Position numbers and translations under genes: made by a program
Notes under the pieces: generated by a model
Told to the model about the DNA's origin: nothing
What the model saw: only the letters and a program-made list of their open reading frames with translations
The model's database searches: none
NCBI GenBank assembly: GCA_963716255.1
Contig: OY970303.1
Location: forward strand, 6,368,001-6,432,000
Direction: 5' to 3'
Origin: an uncultured Gemmatimonadales bacterium
GTDB taxonomy: Bacteria > Gemmatimonadota > Gemmatimonadetes > Longimicrobiales > Longimicrobiaceae
Length of the DNA stretch: 64,000 bases
Shown here: piece by piece, positions 53,348 to 64,000 of the stretch
How positions within the stretch are numbered: position 1 is the stretch's first letter
How the letters are laid out: each line of letters opens with the position of its first letter

Positions 53348-56300
53348 CTATGGGCGCAACCCATAATTCCACCCCTGTTTAACTTCTAGCAAGGTTTCCT
53401 CATCTATCGCTGCTGCCCACTCACTGACAGCGGCCTGCAATCGTTGTGAGGGGGAAACACCCCCCTTATTAAGCTGGTGGGACAGCTCAGCAGTAAGCCG
53501 TGCTCCCCAACTGCGAATACCAGGTAGGTCGATCATCCGAATGAAGGCAGGGGATGCTGGGTCGCTAGGCGGTCTCTGGTCCTCGGACGGAAGCCGTGTC
53601 TCTTGAAGCATCAAAGATAGCCCACCTCCGAGTTCATCGAGAAGAGAGGGGGTTAGCACTTGAGGTGAGAATCGCACCAAATGGGTAAGCCACGTGACTA
53701 CCGGTTTTAATGCTCCCGGCCGCCTCGTTGCGACGACGCTCACCAGTTCTCTAACCAAATCATGGGGCACCGCTTCCGAAAGTGTGCCGGTAATGTATTC
53801 TACAGCCCATCGGTAGACTGCTTCAGATGCATCAAGGATGGAATCCGAGTCTTCAGTCCGCAGTCCAATGCGAATTGCTTCTGCGGTCCCCTCTGATGCC
53901 GCTGTTGACCAGCGGAGCAGGGAAGGGAGGCAAGACAGGACTGGAATTCCGTTCTTCCTCATCTCGTCCAGTAACTTGCGAACAAGTTGTTGTGTCTCCT
54001 CTTTAGTAGCAATCCGTGGAACAACAACTTTCCGTAGCAGGTCTGGTACAAGCGAGAGTGCTCGCGTCGTTTGATCACTCCACATTGCAGGAGCGTTGTC
54101 ATCAGATAGAGCGGCCCCCTCGGTACTCCACCAGTCAGCGACCTTCTTCGTGAGAATTGTTGCTTCGTCAGGAGTCCAATCTATCTTTGCGGGGTCGGGA
54201 CTCACTTCCGGATCATCTGAGTGCGTTGCGCCGAGCCAGTCGCGGCCAAGGTCAAATGCCGCAATTGACCAACCCCAAGAGATCGGCTTATTCCCCGTGT
54301 CTCCGCCCAATCTGACCGTGGATATAAATTCTTTGTGGAGTAGGGACCGCCGAAGACTTGCTTCTGCCAACCCCGGCTCTGGCTCTGGTCGACCAAGATA
54401 GGCAAAATCTAAGAAGGGACTGTCAGCAGGCATTCCTGTGTGCTCGTCACGCCTTTCCCAGAGGTTTGAGCCGTACTCCCGGCACTCATCCTGAGTTAGC
54501 AGCCCCGCGCCCCAAATTGCATCTATGCGTTGAATAGCGCGCTTGCGAGACTCGGAGGCACCATTCCGGACCATATTGAGTAGCCGCATCACAGCTGCGT
54601 GCTCCTCGGCTCCCATCGCCATTCCGGCTAGGCTGTTAAAAGCTTTTGAGTTCGAAGGGTGGAACGGTTCTGGCCAATCCTCCGCACCTACCGTCTCCCA
54701 CCCGGCCCCTGGAATTGGAAACGCTAAAAGACGATGCAGTAATTTTGCCCAGCTATCGGAATTTGCAAGGTGTAATAACTCCCCGAGGAGCGTCTTGAAG
54801 CCTTGAAATGAAATTCGATTTGTACGAACTACCGCTTGCGAGAGCCATGTTAAAGTCTGGTTTAACAGATTGTCGCGAGTTGTGGCGGAAAGCCTGAACA
54901 CGAAGCGTCCAAGGAGTTCTGGTACGACGGCCAACTGCCGATTGGCATACCAATAAGCACCATCGGGTGCTCCTTCACGCTGTATGAGTAAACCGATTGC
55001 CTGATCGATGCTACTCCTGAATTGAGCTGCATATCTCTCCGCTACCTCCTGCGGCATCACTGCAATTCTAACCTTGTCGAACCACATAGATGTGATCTTC
55101 TCAGATGCGATCCTGAGAACAATGTCCGTTGCCCAGTTGAAGGCTCTTTGCTCGATCCACTGGGCTGCCTGTCCCGCTTCGTGCAGGTAAGCTTGGGCAA
55201 GTCCAGCGTGGAACGGTATCGCAGCATCCTCCAAAAGGGAGAGTAGTGAGAAAGACTCGCGAGTTCCTTCCGCCTCTCCCCCCAAGTGGTAAGAGGCGGA
55301 ACGCTTCGCCGTGAATGGATGGACCCGCTCTTCGCGCGAACCGGCTCGTTTGGGAGGGTGCTTTGGCACGCCTGCTCGCAACGACTCCACTGCTGACCAA
55401 GGATTGCAGCGATATAGGGCGAGTTGTTCCCAGCGGCCACGATTTGGATCCGAAGACCGGGAGTCAAATCGGTTCAGGCGAATCAGACCAAGCAAGAACA
55501 TGGTCCAGCCTTCTTGGGAAAGGAGAGAGATGTTCGTCTCGTCTCCTATCTGCAGCCGCCTTATCTGTTGAAGAGATGTTTGGGCTAGATCTTCGGCCTT
55601 CGCCAACTGACCCAACTCGGCAAGTACAGAGGCCCGCTTAGTATTCCAGAAGGGATCTTGGTCGAAGAGGGGCCATCTTTCAAGTTCCTCATGCGCATCC
55701 TTCGGTGCACAGGCGTATAAGTGATGTAGGCAGTTCTCATAGTGCCAGCGAGCCCTCCAAGCCGGCCGCTGCTGCGCGATAGACTCCAATATAGACATCC
55801 AGCGGTTGAAAGCATCATCTCCATCTTGTCGACCACGCCTCGCCAACGCGAAAGCAACTTCAACCCAGCACTCGCGGAGGTAAATAAGATCGGTGTTTGC
55901 TGACGATTCTAGCGAGCTACCAAGCGTTGCACCCCTATTTTCGTTAAATAGCGGGAGTTGATCGAGTACACTCTCGAGTGAAGCGGCTTCCTCCACATCA
56001 AGCGGCACACCAATTCGATCTCGTCGCCACAGCAATTCGTGTGAGATTGCGATGGCCACTACTGGGCTTTCATTGGGCAAAGCTCGCCAGATCAAGCCAT
56101 CCCACGCACTGGTCTCCAGCCAGAGCGACCCACGATTACTCTCCGGAAGGATAACCCATCCGGGGTACTGCTCCCGTTTCCGACGCCAAGCACTTGCAAC
56201 GTCGCTGAGCGTAGGGGGAGGAGGCACATTGTTAAGATCAGCCCCGATTACAGGGCGTGGAACTTGAATCTCTTGCTCTATTCCTGGGCGGCCAGGCAGC

Positions 56301-57265
56301 AGTGGTGGGTCGGAATGGGTCTGTACATCAGTGCGCCGTGGAGTTGGGTCAGGCCAGGAGAGGACATAAGGAGGCTCTCCGTTATGGAGCGACTGAAGTA
56401 ACCAACGAAGTGCCCTCTTGTGCCGATCTGCTTCTTCCACACCAAGTGCCCGCGGAAACAATGGGCCCAAATCGATTGGTAAAACATTCAAGCTGCGCAG
56501 AACTAGCCGGCGAGCCGGCGAAAGGTCCAGCAACCCACATAAATAGATAGGGGAAACACCATGCTTCAACTGGTCTCGAACCCACCCAATCCATTGAAGG
56601 AAATTGGGGTCGTCGCCCGAAAACCCGAGCAGCAGAAAGACGTTTTCGATTAGTGCCTGTTGGACAGTGTTTACGAATGGAGCGAATTGGTTGGGATATG
56701 TGCGGTAATCCTCTTCCGTGATGATGTAAGGCCGATGTGTTGGAAAGCTACCGTGGAGCTTGATGATGCGCGGACGGAGACTGCCAGGCAGATCAAGGAG
56801 GTCAACAACTATCTCATAACGCCGCTCCCATAGTTCGGGGAGTGTCCGCTCAAGCAGGGTGTCATAATTGGTAGTGAAGACATCCGACCAAGGAAGCGTA
56901 AGTAGTAATTTGTGTAAGTCTCCGGGACGGTATGCTTCGTCCGGGATCACGCGCCGAGTAACCTCATCCAAAGCCCCACGCCCGAACACCGTCTCATACT
57001 CTAGCGCGAGCCGAAGAACGCCACCGTTTGCTGCCGCATACGCAATTCGTTGGTCATCGTCGACAGCGGCTGAATAGAGATCGCGATATAACGCACGGGC
57101 GAGATCGAGCCACAGCGGGAATGCAGGCGCATTCGCGCGTACAGGATCGGCATTGCGGCTAAAACCAGAGCCAATCATTACTGCCGCTCGCCCAAACGCA
57201 CTCCCACGCCAGAGGGCGGCACGAACGTGCTCTAAGTGAGGGCGATCAAGGAATTCATCAAGCAT
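53348..57265 (-). CDS. SIR2-domain protein with long helical C-terminal region, DSR2-like candidate anti-phage NADase
   Basis: GSGFS, TTNYDTLLE, IIKLHGS, ITEEDY, GFSGDDPNF...WVRD; about 1305 aa; markedly lower GC than flanks. Confidence 0.88.
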   Translation of the reverse strand: MLDEFLDRPHLEHVRAALWRGSAFGRAAVMIGSGFSRNADPVRANAPAFPLWLDLARALYRDLYSAAVDDDQRIAYAAANGGVLRLALEYETVFGRGALDEVTRRVIPDEAYRPGDLHKLLLTLPWSDVFTTNYDTLLERTLPELWERRYEIVVDLLDLPGSLRPRIIKLHGSFPTHRPYIITEEDYRTYPNQFAPFVNTVQQALIENVFLLLGFSGDDPNFLQWIGWVRDQLKHGVSPIYLCGLLDLSPARRLVLRSLNVLPIDLGPLFPRALGVEEADRHKRALRWLLQSLHNGEPPYVLSWPDPTPRRTDVQTHSDPPLLPGRPGIEQEIQVPRPVIGADLNNVPPPPTLSDVASAWRRKREQYPGWVILPESNRGSLWLETSAWDGLIWRALPNESPVVAIAISHELLWRRDRIGVPLDVEEAASLESVLDQLPLFNENRGATLGSSLESSANTDLIYLRECWVEVAFALARRGRQDGDDAFNRWMSILESIAQQRPAWRARWHYENCLHHLYACAPKDAHEELERWPLFDQDPFWNTKRASVLAELGQLAKAEDLAQTSLQQIRRLQIGDETNISLLSQEGWTMFLLGLIRLNRFDSRSSDPNRGRWEQLALYRCNPWSAVESLRAGVPKHPPKRAGSREERVHPFTAKRSASYHLGGEAEGTRESFSLLSLLEDAAIPFHAGLAQAYLHEAGQAAQWIEQRAFNWATDIVLRIASEKITSMWFDKVRIAVMPQEVAERYAAQFRSSIDQAIGLLIQREGAPDGAYWYANRQLAVVPELLGRFVFRLSATTRDNLLNQTLTWLSQAVVRTNRISFQGFKTLLGELLHLANSDSWAKLLHRLLAFPIPGAGWETVGAEDWPEPFHPSNSKAFNSLAGMAMGAEEHAAVMRLLNMVRNGASESRKRAIQRIDAIWGAGLLTQDECREYGSNLWERRDEHTGMPADSPFLDFAYLGRPEPEPGLAEASLRRSLLHKEFISTVRLGGDTGNKPISWGWSIAAFDLGRDWLGATHSDDPEVSPDPAKIDWTPDEATILTKKVADWWSTEGAALSDDNAPAMWSDQTTRALSLVPDLLRKVVVPRIATKEETQQLVRKLLDEMRKNGIPVLSCLPSLLRWSTAASEGTAEAIRIGLRTEDSDSILDASEAVYRWAVEYITGTLSEAVPHDLVRELVSVVATRRPGALKPVVTWLTHLVRFSPQVLTPSLLDELGGGLSLMLQETRLPSEDQRPPSDPASPAFIRMIDLPGIRSWGARLTAELSHQLNKGGVSPSQRLQAAVSEWAAAIDEETLLEVKQGWNYGLRP

Positions 57266-57286
57266 CCGAAAATCCTGTGAGATGTA

Positions 57287-57321
57287 AGGGGCGCTGCTCA
57301 ACTTCTTGATACAGCGCCCCT
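57287..57321. terminator. Hairpin between trxB and SIR2 gene
   Basis: AGGGGCGCTG...CAGCGCCCCT inverted repeat. Confidence 0.5.
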
Positions 57322-57346
57322 GTGCTCTGACGTTTAACCGTCTTCC

Positions 57347-58387
57347 CTACCGCACTTCCAGAGTGTCTGCCATCCCGATGGAGCTTTCCGCCGTCTCGAT
57401 CACCGGCGACTCCGCCTCGGCCACACCGTGGTGCGCCATCCAGCGCTCCGCCTCCAGCGCCGCCATGCACCCCGACCCCGCCGCGCTGATCGCCTGCCGG
57501 TAGTAGTCGTCCATCACGTCGCCGGCCGCGAACACGCCGGGGACGCTGGTGGAGGTGCGCCACGGCGTGGGAAGCTTCACGTAGTCGTTGGGCATCAGCT
57601 CCAGCTGCCCCCTGAGGAACGCCGTGTTTGGCGTGTGGCCGATGGCCACGAAAAGCCCGCCCACCTCCATGTCGCGCTCCTCGCCGGTGACGGTGTCCTT
57701 GAGGCGCAGCCCGGTGATCTCGTCGTCGCCCAGCACGTCCGTCACCTGGGTGTTCCACTCCACCCGGATCTTGGGGTGAGCGAGGGCGCGCTCCGCCATG
57801 ACCTTGGAGGCGCGGAACTCGCCGCGCCGGTGCACGATCACCACCTCGCGCGCGAACTTGGTGAGGTAGGTGGCCTCCTCCATCGCCGAGTCCCCGCCGC
57901 CCACCACCGCCAGGACCTTGTCGCGGAAGAAGGGGAGCGCCCCGTCGCACACCGCGCACGCCGACACCCCGCCGCCGCTCTGCGCCAGGCGGATCTCGTT
58001 GGGGAGCCCGATCCAGTTGGCGCGCGCCCCCGTGGCGACGATCACCGACGTGGCCTCGATGGCGTCCGAGTAGCTGGGCTTGAGGACGAACGGGTGCCGG
58101 GTGAAGTCCACCTCGACGATGTTCTCCATGATGGCGCGGGTGCCGAACCGGACCGCCTGCTCCTTCATGCGGTCCATCAGCTCCTGCCCGCCGACGCCCT
58201 CGGGGAAGCCGGGGAAGTTCTCGATGTCGGTGGTCCACATGAGCTGCCCGCCGGGGATCATCTCGCGCGACGGCTCGCCTTCGTACACGACCGGCTCCAG
58301 GTTGGCGCGGGCCGCGTAGACGGCGGCGGTCCAGGCGGCGGGGCCGGAGCCGATGATCACCAGCGTTTCGCGTTTCCGTTCCGACAT
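57347..58387 (-). CDS. trxB: Thioredoxin-disulfide reductase
   Basis: [39 protein letters not shown]...YRQAI. Confidence 0.97.
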   Translation of the reverse strand: MSERKRETLVIIGSGPAAWTAAVYAARANLEPVVYEGEPSREMIPGGQLMWTTDIENFPGFPEGVGGQELMDRMKEQAVRFGTRAIMENIVEVDFTRHPFVLKPSYSDAIEATSVIVATGARANWIGLPNEIRLAQSGGGVSACAVCDGALPFFRDKVLAVVGGGDSAMEEATYLTKFAREVVIVHRRGEFRASKVMAERALAHPKIRVEWNTQVTDVLGDDEITGLRLKDTVTGEERDMEVGGLFVAIGHTPNTAFLRGQLELMPNDYVKLPTPWRTSTSVPGVFAAGDVMDDYYRQAISAAGSGCMAALEAERWMAHHGVAEAESPVIETAESSIGMADTLEVR

Positions 58388-58490
58388 GGCGTTTGTCTCC
58401 AGTGTGTCGAGATCAGCGTCGTTCGCAGGCCGAAATATAACGGGGCGCGGAAGGCGGCTGCCAGGCGTTTCGGATAGATCGTTTCGTGGA

Positions 58491-58649
58491 GGCGGGGCCG
58501 CTCCGGAGCCGGACGATACTGCCGTCCGTCTCCTGCGCGGGCTCCGGGAGCCCCACGGAACTGCTGTGGGTCTCCCTGCGCCGGAGGGAGCCAGCCAGAC
58601 TGCCGGCTGTCTCCCTCCGCAACGGATCTTGTGGGTCCTGCGGAACGGC
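58491..58649 (+). repeat. Structured repeat B, copy 3
   Basis: Three modules starting at 58505; closing GCCGCTCCG...CGGAACGGC. Confidence 0.92.
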
Positions 58650-58662
58650 ACTGGCACCCCCC

Positions 58663-59781
58663 TCACCCTCCCGCGGCGGGCACCTCCGCCCATACCCGCG
58701 TCCCCGATCCGGGGCGGCTGTCGATCTCCACGCGGCCGCCCAGGTAGGCGGCGCGCTCCTGCATGCCGAAGAGGCCCAGCCCCCGGCGCTCGCCGGCCAT
58801 CACGCCGGCCACGTCGAAGCCGTCGCCGTCGTCCTCCACCGTCACGGTGACGGTCGCGGGGGCGCGGGCGACGCGGACGAAGGCGCGCGTGGCGCCGGCG
58901 TGGCGCACCACGTTGGAGAGCGCCTCCTGCACGATGCGGTAGAGCGCCAGCTCGGCCTCGGGGCTGAGCATCCCCTCCAGCGGGTCGGCCTCCACGCGGA
59001 TGGCCAGGCCCACGCTCTCGGCCAGGTGGCGGGCGTGCGACTCGATGGCCGGGCCCAGCCCCAGCTCGTCCAGCGCGGGCGGGCGCAGGCCGCGCGCGAA
59101 GCGGCGGATCCCCTCCAGCGACTCGCCGATCTCGCGGCGCATGTCCTCCAGGAGCGCGTCCAGCGCCGCCGGGTCCGGCGAGTTGCGGACGATGCGCACC
59201 CGGATGAGGAGCGCCGCCAGCATCTGCGCCGTCTCGTCGTGCAGCTCGCGCGCGATGCGCTTGCGCTCCTCCTCCGCGGCGGTGAGGGCGCGCACCGCCA
59301 CGTCGCGCAGGCGCTGCCGGTACACCGCCACCGTGTCCAGCATGCCGTTGAAGGTGCCCGTGAGACGCTCCAGCTCCCGGTCCGCGACGGGGGAGGAAGG
59401 CGCTCTCGCGTCCAGGTTGCCGGCCCGCACCTTGGTGGCGGCGCCCTCCAGCAGCTTGAGGGGGGAAAGGGCGAGCCGCAGGATCAGCGCGTTCACCAGC
59501 ACGCTCAGCACCAGTCCGCCCAGCACCAGGAGCCCCACCAGGTCCAGCGTGGAGCGGTGCGGGGCCTCGCGCACGTACGAGGCGGTGACCCAGGTGCCGG
59601 CCACCGTCCCCAGCACCACGATGAGCGCGTTGGCGATGAGGATCTTGTAGAAGAGCGGGATGCGCAGCAGCACCCGCAGCGGCGCGGGGACGCGCGAGGC
59701 GGCCGGGTACGCCTCCGCGGGGAGGTCGTACCCCGGGGCGTCGTCCGGGAGCGGGGCGGGGGCTGCGGAATCCGGGGTCAT
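58663..59781 (-). CDS. HAMP + HisKA_3 (NarX/UhpB-type) sensor histidine kinase
   Basis: Two TM helices, [45 protein letters not shown]. Confidence 0.94.
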   Translation of the reverse strand: MTPDSAAPAPLPDDAPGYDLPAEAYPAASRVPAPLRVLLRIPLFYKILIANALIVVLGTVAGTWVTASYVREAPHRSTLDLVGLLVLGGLVLSVLVNALILRLALSPLKLLEGAATKVRAGNLDARAPSSPVADRELERLTGTFNGMLDTVAVYRQRLRDVAVRALTAAEEERKRIARELHDETAQMLAALLIRVRIVRNSPDPAALDALLEDMRREIGESLEGIRRFARGLRPPALDELGLGPAIESHARHLAESVGLAIRVEADPLEGMLSPEAELALYRIVQEALSNVVRHAGATRAFVRVARAPATVTVTVEDDGDGFDVAGVMAGERRGLGLFGMQERAAYLGGRVEIDSRPGSGTRVWAEVPAAGG

Positions 59782-59978
59782 GGGACGCTGTGCGGCGGCG
59801 GTGCCGGGCGGGGCGCTCCGGCCGGTCCGGCTGCCGTGCAAGCTACGGCGCGCGCGGCGGCGCCGCCACTTGCCGGGAAGCCGCCCGGGGCGCCACTTTG
59901 CTGCGACCCCGCGGCCTGCCCGGCCCTCCCGGCACGTCCCGGCGGACCGGACCCCCTCTCCACCCGGAAGCGCTCCCC

Positions 59979-62030
59979 GTGACCAAGCTCCCTTCCTCCA
60001 CCCCGGCGGTCCGCGCGGCGCTCCCGCTCCTGGCCGCGCTCGCCTCCGCCGCTGCGCCCGCGCTCGCCCAGGCGCCCGCCGGCACGCTCCCGCGCGACAC
60101 CGTCCCCGTGCGGGTGGACGGGCTGGTGGTGATCACGAGCCGGCCGGCGGGCGTGGTGGGCGGCGCCGGGGCGGTGGTGCTGGCGGTGGACTCCATGGCG
60201 GTGCCCCCGGCGCCACGGCTGGCGGAGGTGCTCCGCGAAACGCCGTTCGTGCGCGTGCGCACCAACTCGCGCGGGGAAACGGAGCTGTCGCTGCGCGGCT
60301 CCGAGTCGCGGCAGGTGGCGGTGCTGGTGGACGGCGTGCCGCTCACGCTGGGGTGGGACGACCGCGCCGACCTGTCGGTGGTGCCCGCGACGGGGGCGCA
60401 GGGGATCCGGGTCGTGAGGGGCGTCCCCTCGCTGCTGCACGGGCCCAACGTGCTGGGCGGCGTGGTGGAGGTGGGGGTGGCGCGCGCCGCGGGCGCGGAG
60501 GTGGAGCGGGAATCGCTCCGGGCCGCGGTCGGCGCGGACCACGCGGGCGGCCGCATGCTGAGCGCCTCCTTCACGGCGCCGCTGGGCGCCGGGGCGGGGG
60601 AGACCACGCTGCGCGCGGGAGCGGGCTTCCGCGACCAGCCGGGCTTCGCGCTCGCGGACGGGGTGGTGGACCCGGGGGAGGACGACGGGCTGCGCGGCAA
60701 CAGCGACGCGGAGTCGCTGGACGGCTTCGTGGCGCTGCGGCACCGGACGGCGGGGGGCGCGTGGGCGTCGCTCTCGGGCTTCGGGTCGCGGACGCGCCGC
60801 GGCGTCACCCCTGAGCTGCACCTGGAAAGCCCCCGCTTCTGGCGCTACCCGGAGGCGTCGCGCGGGGTGGCGGCGCTTTCCGCCGGGACCGGGATGCGGA
60901 CGACGCCGCTGGGCGAGGGCGACCTGGAGGCCACCTTCGGCCTGGACGCGGCGCGCACCGAGCTGGCCAGCTACGCGGACCGCGCCTACGACGAGGTCAC
61001 GGGCCGGGAGGACGCGGACGACCGCACGCTGTCGCTGCGCCTGCTGGGGGACCACACCCTGGGCTCGGCGGCGGACCTGCGCGCCGCGCTCACGCTGGCG
61101 GACACCCGTCGCGACGAGGTGCTGGAGCCGGGCGGGCCGAACCGCTACCGGCAGCGGCTGTGGAGCCTGGGCGGGGAGGCGGAGCGCCGCGTGCTCCTGG
61201 CCGGCCCGGCGGAGGTGCTGCGCCTGGTGGCGGGGGCGAGCGCGGACGGCGCGGACACGCCGGAGGCGGGCGACAAGGAACCGCTGGGACGGCTCCGGGA
61301 CTGGGGCGCGCGCCTGGGCGCAACCGCCACGCTGCGCGGCGCGGCGGAGCTGCACGCCGGCCTCAGCCGCCGCTCGCGCTTTCCGGCGCTGCGCGAGCTG
61401 TACTCCGGGGCGCTCGGCCGCTTCCAGCCCAACCCCGACCTGCACCCGGAGACGCTGCTCGCCGCCGAGGCCGGGGGAACGGCGCAGCTGGGGGCGCTCC
61501 AGCTCCAGGCGGTGGGCTTCCACCAGCGGCTGGAGGACGCGATCGTGCGCGTGGGGCTGGGCGGGGGCCGCTTCCGCCGCGAGAACCGCAACGAGATCCG
61601 CAGCACCGGCGCGGAGCTGCTCGCCGACTGGCGCGCGGGGCCGCGCGCGCTCACGGGGAGCCTGACGCTCCAGCGGGTGCGCCTGATCGATTCGGAGGCC
61701 GAGGGAGGGTCGGGCCGCGCGGAGTACCAGCCGGGGGTGGCGGGGAGCCTGGACGGGTCCACGCCGCTCCTCCTGGGGCTGCGGGGCGAGGCGGGGGTCC
61801 GCTTCCAGGGGCGCCAGTGGTGCGTGCACCCGGAGCTGGGGCGCGAGGTGGCGCTGGACGCTTCCGCCCGCACCGACCTGCGCCTGTCGCGCGCCTGGCG
61901 CGCGGGTGCGCTGGCGCGCCGGCTGCGCGCCGTGCTCGCCCTGGACAACGCCGCGGACGCCGCGGTCTACGACCAGTGCGGCCTGCCGCAGCCCGGGCGC
62001 ACGCTGCGCCTGGAGCTGCGCGTGGAGTAG
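59979..62030 (+). CDS. TonB-dependent receptor
   Basis: Signal peptide, plug motifs LRG...VLVDGVP, VVRG..SLLHG.N.LGGVV, NPDL.PE, C-terminal PGRT. Confidence 0.9.
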   Translation: MTKLPSSTPAVRAALPLLAALASAAAPALAQAPAGTLPRDTVPVRVDGLVVITSRPAGVVGGAGAVVLAVDSMAVPPAPRLAEVLRETPFVRVRTNSRGETELSLRGSESRQVAVLVDGVPLTLGWDDRADLSVVPATGAQGIRVVRGVPSLLHGPNVLGGVVEVGVARAAGAEVERESLRAAVGADHAGGRMLSASFTAPLGAGAGETTLRAGAGFRDQPGFALADGVVDPGEDDGLRGNSDAESLDGFVALRHRTAGGAWASLSGFGSRTRRGVTPELHLESPRFWRYPEASRGVAALSAGTGMRTTPLGEGDLEATFGLDAARTELASYADRAYDEVTGREDADDRTLSLRLLGDHTLGSAADLRAALTLADTRRDEVLEPGGPNRYRQRLWSLGGEAERRVLLAGPAEVLRLVAGASADGADTPEAGDKEPLGRLRDWGARLGATATLRGAAELHAGLSRRSRFPALRELYSGALGRFQPNPDLHPETLLAAEAGGTAQLGALQLQAVGFHQRLEDAIVRVGLGGGRFRRENRNEIRSTGAELLADWRAGPRALTGSLTLQRVRLIDSEAEGGSGRAEYQPGVAGSLDGSTPLLLGLRGEAGVRFQGRQWCVHPELGREVALDASARTDLRLSRAWRAGALARRLRAVLALDNAADAAVYDQCGLPQPGRTLRLELRVE

Positions 62031-62063
62031 CCGCGCCGCGCGCCGGGGGGAGGGGCGGCCGTC

Positions 62064-62196
62064 GCGTGAGGGATTTCGGCCCGAAGGGGCGAGACCCGGC
62101 GGGGCTGTTTCCGCCGGGTCTCGACTCCGTCAGCGAGCGTTGTTTGCTCGCTTACGGAGCCGAAGCCCGACCCCGGCGCCAGCCGGGGGCACGCCC
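62064..62196 (-). repeat. Structured repeat A, copy 9
   Basis: Full element on minus strand; stem AGCGAGC-AAACAAC-GCTCGCT. Confidence 0.95.
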
Positions 62197-62257
62197 GAAC
62201 CCGCTGGCAACAAGGCAGTTGCAGTCCGTAGCAGGTTAACTTTCAACCACACCCGAG

Positions 62258-64000
62258 ATGCGATACGCTGCCGCGGCCGCGCTGGCACTGCTCGCGAGCG
62301 CGCCCGACGCCACCCTCCACGCCCAGCGTGGCGCCGCCGGGCCGGCCGGGTACGACACCACCCTCCTGTCGCCCTTCCGGTGGCGGAGCATCGGGCCCGA
62401 CCGGGGCGGGCGCTCCATCGCCGTGGCGGGGAGCAGCAAGCGGCCCATGGAGTACTTCTTCGGCGCCACGGGCGGCGGCGTGTGGAAGACGAGCGACGGC
62501 GGCGGGACCTGGAGCCCGGTGTCGGACCGGCACTTCACGAGCAGCTCGGTGGGCGCCCTGGCGGTGTGCGAGGCCGACCCGGACGTGGTGTACGCCGGGA
62601 TGGGCGAGGCGCAGCTGCGCGGCAACGTCATGCAGGGCGACGGGCTGTACCGCAGCGCGGACGGCGGCAAGACCTGGAGCCACGTGGGCCTGCGCGAGAC
62701 GCACGTGATCGCGCGGGTGCGCGTGGACCCGGCGGACTGCGACCGGGTGTACGTGGCGGCGCTGGGGCGCACCTACGGGCCCAGCCCGGAGCGCGGCGTG
62801 TTCCGCAGCACGGACGGCGGAAAGACGTGGGCGAAGACGCTCTTCCGCGACGAGCGCACCGGCGCGGTGGACCTGGTGATGGACCCGGCGGACCGGAAGA
62901 TCCTGTATGCCGGGCTGTGGGAGGTCAACCGCACGCCGTGGTCGCTGTCCAGCGGCGGCCCGGGGGGCGGGATCTTCCGCTCGGCGGACGGCGGCGAGAC
63001 GTGGACGGAGCTGACCCGCAACCCGGGGCTCCCGCAGCAGGGGCTGGTGGGCAAGGTCGGGGTGGCGGTGTCCGGGGCGGACTCCGGGCGGGTGTACGCC
63101 ATCGTGGAGGCGGACTCGGGCGGGGTGTTCCGCTCGGACGACGCGGGGGCGACGTGGACGCGGGTCAACCAGGAGCGCAAGCTGCGGCAGCGGGCCTTCT
63201 ACTACACGCGCATCTACGCCGACCCCAGGGAAAAGGACGTGGTCTACGTCCTCAACGTGGGCTTCTGGCGCAGCCGGGACGGGGGGAAGACGTTCACGGC
63301 CATCCGCACGCCGCACGGCGACAACCACGACCTGTGGATCGACCCGGCGGACCCCAGGCGGATGATCGAGGGGAACGACGGCGGGGCAAACGTGTCGGTG
63401 AACGCGGGGGAGAGCTGGACGGACCAGGACTTCCCCACGGCGCAGATGTACCACGTGGCGACCACGAAGCACTTTCCCTACCAGGTGTGCGGCGCGCAGC
63501 AGGACAACAGCACGCTCTGCGTTCCCAGCGACGGCAACGGGAGCCAGTGGTACGCGGTGGGCGGCGGGGAGAGCGGCTACATCGCCCCGGACCCGCGCGA
63601 CACGGACGTGTTCTACGCGGGGAGCTACGGCGGCTTCCTGAGCCGCTTCGACCGGGCGACGAACCAGCGCCGCAACATCCAGGTGTGGCCGGAGAACCCC
63701 ATGGGGCACTCGTCCGAGGACATCGCGGAGCGCTTCCAGTGGACGTACCCCATCGTCTTCTCGCCGCACGACCCGCGCGTCATCTACACTGGCTCGCAGC
63801 ACCTCTTCCGCACCATGAGCGAGGGGCAGAGCTGGGAGCGGATCTCGCCGGACCTGACCCGCGCGGACCCGCGCACGCTGGGCCCCTCGGGCGGCCCCAT
63901 CACCCTGGACCAGACGGGGGTGGAAACGTTCGGCACCCTCTTCACCATCGCGCCCTCGCGGCACGAGGCGGGGACGATCTGGACCGGGTCGGACGACGGG
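62258..64000 (+). CDS. VPS10/BNR-repeat (Asp-box) secreted beta-propeller protein, putative glycosyl hydrolase; 3' truncated
   Basis: Read directly from sequence (absent from ORF track): signal peptide, WRSIGPDRGGRS, repeated S.DGG.TW boxes, HGDNHDLWIDP. Confidence 0.9.
   Translation, partial: MRYAAAAALALLASAPDATLHAQRGAAGPAGYDTTLLSPFRWRSIGPDRGGRSIAVAGSSKRPMEYFFGATGGGVWKTSDGGGTWSPVSDRHFTSSSVGALAVCEADPDVVYAGMGEAQLRGNVMQGDGLYRSADGGKTWSHVGLRETHVIARVRVDPADCDRVYVAALGRTYGPSPERGVFRSTDGGKTWAKTLFRDERTGAVDLVMDPADRKILYAGLWEVNRTPWSLSSGGPGGGIFRSADGGETWTELTRNPGLPQQGLVGKVGVAVSGADSGRVYAIVEADSGGVFRSDDAGATWTRVNQERKLRQRAFYYTRIYADPREKDVVYVLNVGFWRSRDGGKTFTAIRTPHGDNHDLWIDPADPRRMIEGNDGGANVSVNAGESWTDQDFPTAQMYHVATTKHFPYQVCGAQQDNSTLCVPSDGNGSQWYAVGGGESGYIAPDPRDTDVFYAGSYGGFLSRFDRATNQRRNIQVWPENPMGHSSEDIAERFQWTYPIVFSPHDPRVIYTGSQHLFRTMSEGQSWERISPDLTRADPRTLGPSGGPITLDQTGVETFGTLFTIAPSRHEAGTIWTGSDDG

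Noticed and set aside
57266..57301. TTG start at 57301 for the SIR2 gene
   Set aside because: It lies inside the hairpin downstream of trxB; ATG at 57265 is more plausible

Overview
High-GC bacterial chromosome segment. Gene content and repeat style suggest Gemmatimonadota (Longimicrobium-like); this is inference. It is mostly housekeeping and transport: recA 3' end, tandem kup pair, TonB-like gene, alaS operon, asparaginase, CCA enzyme, two CNNM/CorC paralogues, MqnC-type radical SAM, three secreted peptidases next to a SusC/SusD pair, two type IV pilins, PBP1A, an ECF-sigma/TolC/MacAB-like cluster, trxB, a TonB-dependent receptor and a VPS10/BNR protein. Two lower-GC accessory inserts are present. 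One is a decayed integron-cassette-like cluster (two attC-like sites, an RxxxxH HEPN-like ORF and a ParE/RelE toxin-antitoxin pair) upstream of alaS. The other is a ~1300-aa DSR2-like SIR2 protein next to trxB. The most striking unexplained signal is intergenic: a modular family of structured repeats. Element A (9 copies) and element B (3 copies) are built from the same hairpin module, whose stem sequence varies freely with compensatory pairing while an AAAC-type loop is kept. Elements C and D join A in a fixed order. No cognate transposase or other mobilising enzyme is visible in the window.
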